A stretch of 64,000 nucleotides of DNA from Ptychodera flava (lineage: Eukaryota), in assembly GCF_041260155.1 (NCBI RefSeq), contig NC_091939.1:23707744-23771743 (forward strand), read 5' to 3'. The position numbers were made by a program, and so were the translations under genes. Below the pieces are notes generated by a model. It saw only the letters and a list, made by a program, of their open reading frames with translations, had not been told where the DNA came from and searched no databases. Within the stretch, counting starts at the first letter, position 1, and each line of letters begins with the position of its first letter. This document shows positions 12,993 to 26,270 of the stretch, one piece after another.

Positions 12993-14483
12993 CTACAAGG
13001 AGGCAAGGAGAACAGGTTTTATTTGCCTTGTGCTGGGGCATCGGCAACGCTTCAAAGAGACCAGGTACCTCTCAAGAGCTCGGTGGTTCCGCTGTCTGAA
13101 CATGTATTTAATAGGGCGATGCGAAATGCAAAAGTTCAGTGCTGTGCAGCAGTGCAGGCATAAGTCCCTACGGTCAAATTCAGAAATCCTTATAGGTGAT
13201 CGGAAACTCTAGCCCAACATGCATTGCTTTCTTGTTGAGCAAAGGTCACACAATATCATCGTTCCTATAAATAAAGTGACTTTACAGCGTTGGTTTTTAT
13301 TTTCTTTCCTGTAACCTGTTTTCTAATTTTGGAGGTAGACGGACGAGAGGGGGCCTTAATGGGGTCAGTAAGCCGCAGGGAGGGTTGCGTAAACCCAAAC
13401 AAACCCTACAAGCTCCAGTTGAACAGGTGTTCATCATTTTGCGATTGGCTCGACAGCGGCTCCTTTCAAAATGTCTTAAATCAAGACTTTCTCCGAGGAT
13501 ACATCGTTTATGTGAGGACAGAAGAAATAAGTCATTTCATTTTTGGTCCTTCCAGTCTGTCCCCTTGTCTGACTCTCGTAAACACCGACAACTACTCGAC
13601 CATAGATACTGGTTAGATGTCATGATCTGATACAGTCACATGCTTATGAGCAAAACATTGTCTTTTTACGGCTGAGGAAATAGCCCCTGATAGATGTAAG
13701 TATTCAACATAAAAAGTGCAGAATTGTGTCTCATTTGGGGAATAAAATCTATGACGCGATGGATCGGCGTCTTTTCAAACACGCTACTATAGAAAGCTCC
13801 ATTAGCTGTAACAGTAGCAGCCGATGTTCTCCCAGTGTTTTTGATCTTTCCGTGCATGTCAGAATGTTTTGTCACAGTTCAACTTGACAGTACAGTGTCC
13901 ATTGCACACTATGCTGTGAGTTTGCGAGGCTAATAATTTGCATTTCAACGAACCCTAGGGAAAGATTGCGAAACTCTAAAATTACTTTTTTCATTACAAA
14001 AATCATCATCAAAAGTTACAGCTATCAGGACATTGATCAATCCGTCCCTCTGATTTGTAGACAAGCCTCCTACACGAATTTTTTCAAAGATTTTAGTTCA
14101 CCAGAGACAAAAACGTAGTCTCTCCGCAAAAGATGATAAACCGTGCCCCGGGAGATTCATTAACGTCCCTTCTTTGAAGTATAGACGTTCTGGGAGTTAC
14201 GCTCCTAGGTTTTTGTTTGAATTACCCCTCGGAGAGAAGTAAAGAGATCCCCGAGACAGCAAACTCAGGCATTGTCCAAGTGACAAGTAGTGACACACAT
14301 ACAATGGTAGAACACCAACACAAATAGTCATCTTGTGTCACTCTCGATTGTGTCATTTTTTATTGTCTTTGTTCATAGTATTAACAAATGGGGGCCGCAT
14401 CCTTTCACAACTGGCGGATTTCTTTGTGTCCCTCCTCTCTCACTCGCTTTTTATAGGTCCCCGTTAATACAAATAATACTCAC

Positions 14484-14620
14484 GCCAATTGTGTTGTAAA
14501 TAGGCCAATGCTGACTTCGAGGTTCCTAACTTGTCCGTCATTGTTCTTTTTGTCGTCTTTGAATGCGTCGTAGGAATTCTTCCACTTCCCGAGAAACGAG
14601 AGAGCGAGATCCGGATTTAT
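14484..14620 (-). CDS. Unidentified helical protein gene, exon 2 (INPDLALSFLGKWKNSYDAFKDDKKNNDGQVRNLEVSIGLFTTQLA)
   Basis: Minus strand: acceptor ctctgcag| and donor TTGGC|GTGAGT. 137 nt, phase 0 in and phase 2 out. Part of track ORF 14480..14755(-). Confidence 0.55.
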
Positions 14621-17600
14621 CTGCAGAGGTTTAGGGCAAAAAAAGTACGAGTTATTCAAAAACGACAGAGCGATGATTCTGATTATTAACAGTTCAACCG
14701 TGTTATTGTCTTCCAAAGAGGGACGCAGTGTTTGAAAACTGTACACAGTTCGCAAGAATCCAGTATGTGATCATTGACTCTGTGGATTAAGGCTGGGTTC
14801 CGTTCACAGTCTACAGTATCAACATTAAAGATACAGAAAAAGAACGTTTAGATATGATGCTCACTACTGAGTTTGAAACACAGAAAAAAATCATGGGAAA
14901 AGGGATACCTGACATCAGTTATCCAAAAGTTGCGGTTATCGTCTTTAAATGGATCTATTATCTGATAAGCGCGTACTTTTCGTCGCTATTTCGACACCTT
15001 GGCAATACGTTTGTAGAAAGAACTCTACATTGAATCTGTGGCGGAATGGCATTTCGAAATTAAAGAAGACAGCAGCAACACCGACACCGCCACCGACAAC
15101 GAGACGACAACGACAACAACAACAATAACAACAACAATATAAACAATTATAACAATAATGGTGACAACAACAACATTATTTGATGATGAAATTTGCAACA
15201 TCATTTTCAGAAATCGAAAGTTGCTTACTTACATATACTACATAGATATACAGCCTTCCTTCAAACAGTACGTTTTGGTAGCAAATTTTACATTTTACAG
15301 TTTTTCATGATGCTATTGTGGTGACAAAGATTGGACGAATGATTCCATTCAAACAGGATGTAGAAGAAAACGAACATCTTCTCTCATGGTTTTCGGACAT
15401 TTCAAATGACGTCTTTCGAAGCGACAATGTTAATGCAATTTAATTAAATGTTACATAATACCTCATTGTGGTCACCCTCTTGAATGGATACACATTGAAC
15501 CCATTGTCCACAGAGGAAAACCGACCCTGAGTTTACCAACTAACGCATACACACTAAAAGAATAACACCGAATTTTTCCCCTGAGAGCCGAGCTTTCAAA
15601 CCACTCACACACGAACTATACTTTCCACTTTTCGTGTCTATCGATCCCGCTAAGTTTTGCAATGCGACTGTTTGTCTTGGTATTGTCAACGTCGTTTTGT
15701 AAGTCTCTTTTAGCCTATTGTCAAACCCGAGAGCTGATTAAGGTAAGCTCGAACAGTTTCAAGAAAAGGTGGAAAAAGAAAAAAAATCGTCTAAAACCTG
15801 GATTGCACTTTCAGGTGGAACAAAGAACAACGCTTTCTGAGTCATCGTTCCGTAAACAAACAAACAAACACACCGAGAAAACAAGAAATTCAAAAACAAA
15901 GACAAGCATAATAAGTCTACTACTCTTCCTGTTTGTGATACAAAAGTGCTTACGTACATCAATGTCAAGTGAAAACGTGACTAGCTTCATCGATTCATCG
16001 AATGGAATAATTTCTTTCACTTCAATGTAAGGCCCACCGACATTATTTCCAAAGTCCTCCCTGCCCCTAAGGCTCAGATGATATGCCTAAGCCTGCCTTC
16101 GAAACTATTTCCAATCTATCACGATGCATTTTTACATTTCAGGTTGTTGTTTATTGATAATAACCATCAGCTATTATCCTGTTTGCTAGTCGAGGAGAAA
16201 CGAAAACTGACCGACATCAACTGGGTCATAGGTCATTGTCGTATTCGAAATTCAGTTTTTCTGTTGTCATGCTCACAACTGCTACTTTATTGCCATCACT
16301 CTGCTAGCTCCCTGCTTGTACGACGCTTTACTTATCAACAACAGCAACATGAGCTGTAAGCCGGCAAATTCTACCTCAGTCTCGCTTGGCGAATAATTGG
16401 GGCATGGATAGCGGAATTACGGCATTATTTTCCGAGCAACTTTCCGAATCGATGAAGAATCCTAAAAATGCATACATCGAATTCTCCAAGTTTGGACAAA
16501 GGGAATTGTTACCCCTCCCTACAATATCCTATTTGTGCGCGATCGTCATCAAAGGACAGATTTTCCTTTAAGTAGTGCAAAATATCGTCGGATATGAGGA
16601 AATAGTGGTACCGAATATTCTGTTCGAAGTTTGAATCACGTGATGGTATGCAACGGGCGCATGGTATCCCAGTGAACGCAGGTCTATTACATTCAACTTT
16701 TGTGAAGAAACGGCTTCGAATGTTTCAGTAATGGGGAGTAGAATTAGCAAAGTCGTGTATAACTCTAAATTACTTCAGCTATACGGTATACAGTCGTCAT
16801 GAGCGACACACCTATCGCACAGACAGCATCATTAACAACAGGCGCGACTTTCTGTTGCCACTCGATAGCTTTCTGACGTCGCAAAAGAAGGCCCACGTGA
16901 CCTTTCTCAAATGGGAAGACGTCTCCGCTTTGTGAACTCCACCGCCAAAGACTGTGTCCACGTTGGCACAATACATGCAACAGGTGGGTGCTGAGACGTT
17001 CATAGAGGCTGATAAAAATAGTTCCATGCGACTGTGAAGTGGTCGACCAAAGCGTTGATGCCAAGTATGTGCGATTCCAAGCATTAATGTGCCAGGTTAC
17101 CTCGCAACGACCCGAGAAATTCTTTTTTCAGGTGCATTTTATGGCTGTTACTTTGCGTTCCGATTGATTGACGAATTCACAGTAATTAAGCTTGCTAAAG
17201 ATAGTCTATTTTCATTCTGATGGATATCTAAATCGGTCACAGTATAAGTGGTGTTCGAGGACTGGTACAACAAGGCTTGTATTGTCGTCGGTCACACATC
17301 CCTGGGGTGGTGGATTGTAAGAAGAAGAGCTGCGCCCGGGGAAGTGAACCATTTTTCAACGTATTGGCTGTTCATCAAATCACACGCAGTTCTTCCGAAG
17401 CTCATATCCGCGTCAAAGAACGCGGTCAAATTTTGAACTCTTAAAGTCACAAATGTTCGGTTTTTAGTCCCTGATTTGTTACAACAGGGTGCTTTTAGTT
17501 GACTCAGTGAAAAATAAATGCCGTAAATTGATACGATTTTGCTTGAAGTCGTGCCAAAACCTGCAGTAAAAGTTTCCGGAACAATCTACTCAACCCTACG

Positions 17601-17992
17601 CAAAGCATAGTTGCTCCCTGCCGACTAACCTGTACATACGATACTTACATTGTTGAGCGAAATATAAGGCAATCAAATTAATAACGAAAACCTACTTTTG
17701 AGATTATATTTTAGGTAAAAATTATTGATGTGACACTGATACTGATTTATGTAAACTTTTGCCATCGTATAACCTCAAAAAAATCATATGCCCGGCCAGT
17801 AGCCATGTATGACCTTTGACCCGAATGACAGTAGTGCTAGCGCTCTAACTCGGACAGTAGAACCTGTTGGTTAACCATTCGACGGGAACCATGGTTTAAA
17901 CAGCGGGTCCTTTTATAGTTCCCAACTGAAAAAAAAAATATTAAAGCCCTGGATAACAAATTAAATTAACACGTAGTCATGTGTCAAGTTAC

Positions 17993-18085
17993 CTTCCATC
18001 TGACTTTCTTTTTGGCGATGACGTCATTGATCCGTTTCCAGTCGGCGTCTTCTTTTCCGAAGAGTGAGTGCAAGTCGTCTGTCAT
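17993..18085 (-). CDS. Unidentified helical-repeat/coiled-coil protein gene, coding exon 1 (MTDDLHSLFGKEDADWKRINDVIAKKKVRWK)
   Basis: Minus strand: acceptor tttcag|ACT ATG, which implies an upstream noncoding exon. ATG is at 18085-18083. 31 codons run to donor TGGAAG|GTAACT, phase 0. Confidence 0.5.
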
Positions 18086-18344
18086 AGTCTGAAAGTAGTA
18101 AAAAAGAAGTCACATCGAGTTGAAATGTGGTTTTACAGTACCTTGAATTTCGTCATAGATAAGTTTTCATATAACCAATTTAACATTAAAAAAACTTCCC
18201 GGAGACATGGAGAATTTCACAAGTATAGCATTTATGTATTTATGGCTAGCTGATTTAATCCACAAGTTCATGGCCGTACGTACATAAATTGTAATTCATA
18301 ACCTATTCTACATATACTATTATGAAATAGCATCTTCTTGGTAT

Positions 18345-18350
18345 ATATAT

Positions 18351-18396
<46 letters not shown>
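18345..18396. repeat. (AT)n ~25 units
   Basis: Read directly. Confidence 0.9.
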
Positions 18397-18397
<1 letters not shown>

Positions 18398-19299
18398 TTT
18401 ATATATTCCAAGTACAAAGAAATGATTTATGTCACTTAAGTGTCATGCATTTTGCAATCTGTAGAAAGTTCTGAAGATTGCAAAATGCATGAAACATGTG
18501 TGTACTGACTTTTTAAAAATGTGTTTGTTTGGAATAAAATATAATATGATCGATGTTCAACAAATACATTTAAAACCTGAAATTTGATCCTTGCTTACGA
18601 TCGTTTGTGTATTTTACGAGTAGCTCCAATTTCGTCCATTACGCTGAAAGTTTACCCTAAAACTACGGCCACGCTTAACTAAACCAAGTGTGCCCTTCAT
18701 GTCGAAAGACCAACGCTGCTGATTCCCGGTTCATTTATGTACCGTGACCAAAACCACCGCGGTTTTGAGAGGTAAAGTGGACTCGGTCGTTCTCACATAA
18801 TGCTGTGAATGAGGTCGAACTTTTTTCAAAAGAGAAATTAAGTACCCCCATGCTGATGGAACCGAGTTGAGGGAGGGAGATAGCTGCAGTGCAGCGGCTC
18901 CAAAGTGTCCACTCTGCCGCACCTAAAAAGACTCATTTTCCGATCGATTGTCTTTTTTTATTTCCTCGGACAAATTCCATAATTGGAATAAATGGGGGTT
19001 TCCTACATGTAAACTCGTGGTATGTACCTTCGATCGATTCAGGGTCCTCGATTGCGCGCTGTACTTTTCTACTTACCTGCCAAGTATTTAAGGTATAGAA
19101 TTTACGTTACAAGACAGTACAATACCCCGTGTGTATGTATTAGCCGAATACGATATGTTAAGATGTTAGACATTCGAACGTTTTTCTACGGTCCAAGGGA
19201 AACGCTAACAGCGGGAAGCGTTGCGTTAACACTAGTCTTACTTGTTCCTGCACCCTTAACGATTTAACGCCACTATGCTTTCCAATACAGACACTTTTT

Positions 19300-19700
19300 T
19301 TCAAAAAACGAGCGTAGCGCGCTACCGGCTATCAGTACCAATGCGCGGTGTGCTTTCCCGTGGGACCAGGGCGGCTCAATCCTAAACAAGAGGGGAATAG
19401 CCCATAGAGAATGTGCTTTGCGCCTGCGGTTCAGCGGTTTTAGATCGGTCATTCCACCGTTGGGAGAACACCTGGCCGTTTCTGGTAGAGCAAGCGTGAC
19501 TCGATCTAGCTCTTTAAGTGAATCCGAGTGCAAGGCCAGCGCGAAACGGACGCTTGGTCACCAATCGTTTTAATCCCGCTACAAAGTTATGCACAGAAAA
19601 GACGTGACATAAGACGACAACCGCGCGGACAAAGCGAGGCCCGCCAGAGAGCGGTCGCCTGAATAGGGAGGTAAAAAAGTGGACACGGTGTATAATCTCC
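19300..19700. promoter_or_regulatory. CpG-rich block (a second one at ~20300-20800), candidate promoter/TSS region
   Basis: Local CpG density is clearly above that of the surrounding AT-rich sequence (for example cgcgctaccggc, gcgcggtg, cgcgaaacggacgc, ccgcgcggacaaagcgaggcccgcc). It lies 1.2-1.6 kb upstream of the first coding exon of the minus-strand gene, whose acceptor implies an upstream noncoding exon. Assignment is inference. Confidence 0.25.
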
Positions 19701-22700
19701 GATCCATGACAGCCGACGATAGAAACGAGAAAAGATCGTGTTTTTTAGTGGATTATACGTTTAACATTTCCGATTGCTGGTATTAGAGGAGCTGCGCCAA
19801 GACTATTGGCGTCTAGCAACTTTGACCAGTTTCGAGGGCAGTTTTTTCGGAATCGCAAAATGAAGCTGTATAGCTCACTGTCAGCGCGCACGGTTTAGCT
19901 ACTTTTGGCCTGAACATCTCCAATTGAACTTGCCTGTTCCTCTCGGGCAAACATCAGCACCGTAGGCTCTGTACAAGGACAATTATCAAGTTCTATTCAA
20001 CCAGGCAAAAGCTGAGAAAATAACAACGCTCTTTTAATCAACTTTCAATTAGTCCAAACCGCTGCCTTTGTTAGCGAGGGATCGTTGTTCTTCTTGCATG
20101 TTAACCCGATACCAAAACAACCTCGGAGGTGTCAAGGTTTACAAAACAATACAGAAACTGCGGTTGAAAATTCAGAAAATGGTTACCCAGTTTTTACCGA
20201 TACAGTTAGACTTTCATTGAGATTTTGAAAGGAAAAACATGTGCGGCCAGTTCAATGGCAATTGTGAACGCTTTTGTATGGAATTTCTATGCCTAAATAG
20301 CGGGAGATTAAACACGCTTAAAGCCCGTAACTCGTCGATAATCGTGTGTCGTCAACCGCTTCCTCTCGGCACAGCTCGGCTAGGCTTCCGAGTCTCTGGT
20401 GCCATAGCACTCTTTCCGAATTGCGATCTCAACGCCGATATCTTCCTTCTGTAACTTTTTTGGACATTCTAGGCGTACCCATATTTCGCGTATACAGATG
20501 CTGACTTCGATCGTCGCCTGTGAAGCATTTCAGCTCTTGTCTCGCCACAAGGCTTTTCAAATCGATAGCGAGATCATTTCATTGCCGATCGCAACCTACC
20601 TTCTGCGGTAACGAGGGAAATCGCTCACGCCGTCTCCCAATCACATTGCGCAAGAGTTCTCCACTACACTCTCAGCCTTTTCTCTTTTCTCTTTTCTGGA
20701 TAGGTAGCACCGCCCTGGGGAAAAGGAGTGTAGTGATCAGTGTTCACCTGTTGTCCACTGAGTTGATACCGTCTGGGATCATCGGAAAATAAACAAAAGC
20801 GTCACCGCTCTGAGTTTGTGCGTCGGTGTGTTTTTGCGCATGCTTAGACAAGACAATGGAAAGCGATCTTAATAGCCCACAGTGTATGTCGAAAGTTGGC
20901 AAGGGCACATTTTAGCTTGTGTTACATCGCTGACATACCTCAATTTTTGCTTAATGGGCCACGTATCGAATTCGATGGTATAACGCCAAGTGGTGGCGTA
21001 CAGTTACTGGGGTAATGATGGGCAGCTAAAGCAGGCGATATTAAAATTCAGCTGACAAAAAGACGGTTGTTGCGGAAACGGGACATATACTCGCACGGGT
21101 AGCAAAATATGCCGGTTATTATTTTTGTCCTGTTTCATTGACTACTGTTGACAGTTAAACGCAAACGAATCTGAATATTACAGTACACTGATTATGCTGT
21201 GCAGCCAGGGGGAAAATATTAATCCCCTCGACCATTTGACACCCTGCCAAACTGGCCATTGTTGGCAGGCGCTGACCAAGTCGATTGAATATGCCTTTCG
21301 CGCTTTGTCATGTTTATGGGTAAGTTGTATTTGGCAAGGATTAGTCTTGGTTCAGAGAAGATGAGTGACGGAGAGTAAACTTACAGGACGGCGCGAAGAT
21401 TCCTCACATCAGCTTGTACCGTGTTTCCTTCTGTGCCGAGGCTCCAGTTTTTATCCGACATCGACAGAGGAGTGGAGCGGGGACATGCGTATGATTCCTT
21501 CAGGAGAGCCGGCAGAGGGCGCACTTACAGGTTCTCAATAAAAAAGGCTGGACCAGAGGGATCGTAGCTGGGGTGAAAATTATTACACAAAGGCGAAGAG
21601 AATACGCAAACGACGAACTTTAACCTATTCAGTGACCATTTAAACACTTGAAATATCTACTCAGTATAGGTGAAAAGGCAATGTACTCTTTGAAATATGT
21701 CAAATCCTGTGATAAGTGATCACATTTTGACTATAAAATTATTTTGTTTTTGCATTCTCGTTCAGCATTGAAAAGTAAATTGTTTCTTTTTTCTCGCAAA
21801 GGACGTTAAACAACAGTCACTCTACCCCAAGTAACCGTAGTTAAACTGAGTTTTCCTCCTTGATCACGTGATAAATGATATTGCCCAACTTTCTCGAGAC
21901 AAAGCGCGATCTCTCGATATTTGCAAATTTGGCCATCGTCCACCAAACTGTCCGACGCGTGCCAAAGTACTTGCAAGAGGGCCCGATCAGTGTACAATCC
22001 GATAGCACCTGACATTCGGCAAAGGTGATTTTGTCCCACAAGGGCTTGACTATTCACTGCAGAACGATGAAACGATCAGTCCACTCACAACGTTGACGTG
22101 TCAGCGTTCATTAACAAAAACAAAAGAAAGCCGCTGTAAGCCCTGGTTGTCGCGGCACTGAAAGTTAAAGGCAATTAGGACACAGTTAATCAAAATGGTT
22201 AGTTCAACACATTGTGAACGGCAAATAGAGCGTGAAAGTGTCACAAAGGCATCCCAGAGAACCTGTACGGCTGTAATTACGAAACGGCTCCGCAGCTAGA
22301 TCGGTAATTTTAGATAGATTTATTTCAAAGACAGTGTTGTTTTTATGTCGGCAATCATTGAATGAATTAGTGAGTGCGTTAATGGGTATTTGCAATCATC
22401 TATCTTTTTATTGGAACACGTGTTTTGCAATTTTAAACTGGTCATGCACATTTTTATCTCTCAGCATCTGTATGTGAAGACTCGATTCTGTGTCTTAAGA
22501 TGGTGATGTGTAACAGATTTTGTCTTGCAGGGACGCGAGAAGTATTTGAAGAAGCTGTTTTGTCGTGTATCTGTGCCTCTGTATAAATGTTCTAGTACGC
22601 CATGCCCCTAAGGACAGCGTACCTGGGAAAGGTTTATTGTGTGTAATGTCTTCCGCTGAACGAATCAATGAAATGCGGCTTAAAATCCAACCACTCTTGT

Positions 22701-23958
22701 GAAATGTGTTTAATCCGGAAGTTACAGACCATCCCGACGGCATTAGTTCAAAGGAGATGCGATTACAGAAAATCCCCTTCTTGAAGTGGTTATGACGTCC
22801 GATAATTGTGTCAGTGGTTGGACGTAACAAAGAAAGGGGGAAAAGCACATTAATGCAGACCCCAAAATCTCTTTCGCAAAATGTTACCTGGGGACTCACT
22901 CTGCCCTTTAAAGGTCACAAGCCAGCCATAATAGTACAACTCTCGGGTGTAGTTTAAATTGTCAAAGTAGTCAACAGAATGCGCCCTAATGTCCTACGGA
23001 ATAGAAAAGTCACTTTATACAGGAGAAAGAAATAGCGCATTTATGAGAAAACTATTTGATGTCATGCTGAAGTATTACCCTGGGAAAGATATTTCGGCCT
23101 TCAGAGGTCACAGGTCAAACTACCTCTATATTGCCTCACTTGGGTGCAGTTTAAGTTTTGCCCCGATTGTCAGTCTTTTGTCACAGTCGACTGTGACTAA
23201 ATGCAATAAACACGTACAGCAGATATGCAAAGATATAGGAATTACTTATACTTCCCAGCTTAGCCGTTTGCAGTGTTTGTCCACTTTACCTCTAAGTTGG
23301 GGAACATCGACTCGGAGAAATGTGCGAGCTATTATACAGTCTTACTTTGGCTAATTCGTAAAAGAATAAATGGTATGAGATGTAGTAAGACTGTAGATTT
23401 AAATAGAATAAGTCAAATCCTACCTATGGTATACATTGTTCTATAGCCGCCCTCATGGGCAGAGAATTTTGTTTTTGCGACAACCCAAAGTTGGAGGTCG
23501 AAAATTTAGGGGTCGAAAAACTGTACAGATCGGTTGCAATTGTTTAAACAAATCGAGCATCTACTGTGTGACTCATTACGAACAACGTACCTCGCAAAAG
23601 GCATTTAAAAACACTGCACCATGATATAAGAATTTGCGAAAATATTAAAATTCAAAAGGACACGGGATATGCGCAAATGGCAAGTGTTTCGTTACAGAGA
23701 CTGAGAGCTTGCGTACGCCTTAGACGGTACCAGGCTATCTGTTTTCGTGCTTGCACAAGCTTTTACTTTTAACTTTTCAAGTGTTTGTCGTGGTGTGCGG
23801 CAACCTTACACCGTCACCGATATTGTTTACTACTAGGTTAAGAATGTACTGCCGCCTGGGGTTACAGCGCCTGACGCTAGCGTCGGCTACATTATACGTG
23901 TAAGCATGTTTCGCAAACAAGCCGGCGTTGAGATCGTCGATTCATTCCTCGACGGTAA

Positions 23959-26270
23959 GGGACTGGACATAAATTACAGGGGGGGGGGTGGGGCCGGTGT
24001 TTTTCGAAAAACCGCTGCGTAAAAAATAGTGACCCTTCAAAAGTTCATGCACAAAAATTAGTGACCCTCCCCCTTATCCGTGCATGAAAATAAGTGACCC
24101 TCCCCTGTTACTCAATACCCCCCAAAAAACCCGCAATGTGTTAAAGACCCCCTTCTGACTTGCTACTTTTTAAGTCGCCCTCCCGAAAGGAAGGCAAAAT
24201 GTGGCCGATATAACGCGTTGTCCAAAAAATATCAATCATATGTGTGTTATTCACGTAAATGTACTTTGCATGAAGTGGCAGGTAAAAAGTGCATGCCTGT
24301 ACAAAAAATGTAATTTTTAGATTTTATCGATAATGTTGATTCACTATACATGTAGTCGACTATAAGAAAACTACGAACGTGTATTTTCCAGTATAAAACT
24401 AGCTATATCTGTTCATATACAGATGTTTAATAACTGATATAGATATACTTGATTAGCATGGGTTGTTTACAAGTGCACATGTGAACAAGATATCTGATTT
24501 TGGAATTTCTGTCAAATGTTGATCCACTATACATGGGAGTCTATGACAAAACTATACATGGGAGTCTATGACAAAACTGTCAAAAATTTTCAGAATTAAA
24601 AATTTGCACTATTTGTGCATATATGGACCCTGAATAATTGACATAATTGTGCTTGATTAGAAGAGGGTGGTAAAATGTGCATCTGTGTACAATAACTTTG
24701 TTTTTGGAATTTCGCATAAAATGTTGATCCACTATACATGGGAGTCTATGACAAAACTGTAAAAAAATTTTTCAGAATTAAAAATATGCACTATTTGTGT
24801 ATATATGACCCTGAATAATTGACATATTGTGTTTGATTAGAAGAGGGTGGTAACACGTGCATCTGTGCACGTGTACAATAACTTTGTTTTTGGAATTTCA
24901 CATGAAATGTGGATCCATTATACATTGTAGTCTATGAAGAAACTATGAATAATTTTTTTTTAAATACAAAACTTGGCAAATCTGTGTATTTATGTATGCT
25001 TGATTATTGATATTTATGTTCTTGATTAGACTAGAGTGGTTACAAGTCCATGTGTGTGCAAGAAATTTGATTTTGGAATTTCACCGAAATGTTGATTCAC
25101 TATACATGGCAGTCTATGGTGAAACCCTATGAATAATTTTTTTCCAATACAAAAATAGGTAAATCTGTGCATTTATGTACACTCAATTATTGGTACTAAT
25201 GTTCATGATTAGACTAGAGTGGTTTCAAGTCAATGGTTGTGCAAGAAATTTGATTTTGGCATATCACTTAAATGTCGATTTACTATACATGGCAGTCTAT
25301 GATGAAACTATGAATAATTTTTTTCCAATACAAAAATAGGAAAATCTGTGCATTTATGTACACTTGATTATTGGTATTAATGTTCATGATTAGACTAGAG
25401 TAGTTTCAAGTCAATGGGTGTGCAAGAAATTTGATTTTGGAATTTCACTGAAATGTCCATTCACTATACATGGCAGTCTATGATGAAACTATGAATAATT
25501 TTTTTCCAATACAAAACTTGGTAAACCTGTGCATTTATGTACACCTAATTATTAGTATTAATATTCATGATTAGACAAGAGTGGTTTCAAGTCCATGGTT
25601 GTGCAAGAAATTTGATTTTGGAATTTCACCAAAATGTTGATTCACTATACATTGTAGGCTATGAGGAAACTACAAATAACTCATAGGTTATCTGATCCTA
25701 AATTGTTATTCAAAAGTTGTTCGACCTGAAGCTTCCAGTTCTTATTGATGACACTATGCACTATTCTGAACAGTTTGTATTCTGCCAATGTCCTCAAAAA
25801 ATTAAAAAATGTATATACAGCGACATGAACGTTGGACACCGACCTATACCCAATGTATTGTCAATGGGAGAATGATGTCAAATAAGTAATCTCCCAAATT
25901 GTTATTGAAAGAGTCATTATAGGGGACAGTTATGCACAATAGTGTTGAATAAGTAGAAATCATGACAACTTAAATCAATGTGGCTGCTTGGATCATCAAT
26001 ACATTGCTTATTATACCTGAAATTTGCGCCCAAAGGGCGCGCCGAAAATGGTAATGGCAGAAAATGAAAGTGCCAGGAGGTATTTTTTCTTTTTTCAGTA
26101 TTCCATAACGTGCACATGCAATTTCAGCTTTGATGCATGAAAAAAGGTGACCCTCCCCCATAGGCTTGCACAAAATTTTATGACCCTTCAAAAATGCTTG
26201 CGCGAAAAATGGCGACCCACCCCCAAAAAACACCGCCCACCCCCCCCCCCTGTAATTTGTGTCCAGTCCC
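23959..26270. mobile_element. Foldback-type non-autonomous DNA transposon, ~2.3 kb. TIR GGGACTGGACA[T/C]AAATTACAGGGGGGGGG... (>=150 bp). TAA target duplication. The interior is an 8-copy ~180-bp tandem array.
   Basis: 23959-~24140 is the reverse complement of ~26100-26270. The shared motifs include GTGACCCTCCCCC and GTGACCCTTCAAAA. TAA lies immediately outside both termini (23956-58 and 26271-73). Confidence 0.75.
24350..25700. repeat. Tandem satellite-like array, ~8 units of ~180-210 bp, inside the 23959-26270 element
   Basis: The landmark ...tcactatacatgg[c/g]agtctatga[t/c][g/a]aaact... recurs at ~24350, 24528, 24737, 24920, 25107, 25288, 25469 and 25650. Units are about 85-95% similar to each other. 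Confidence 0.75.
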
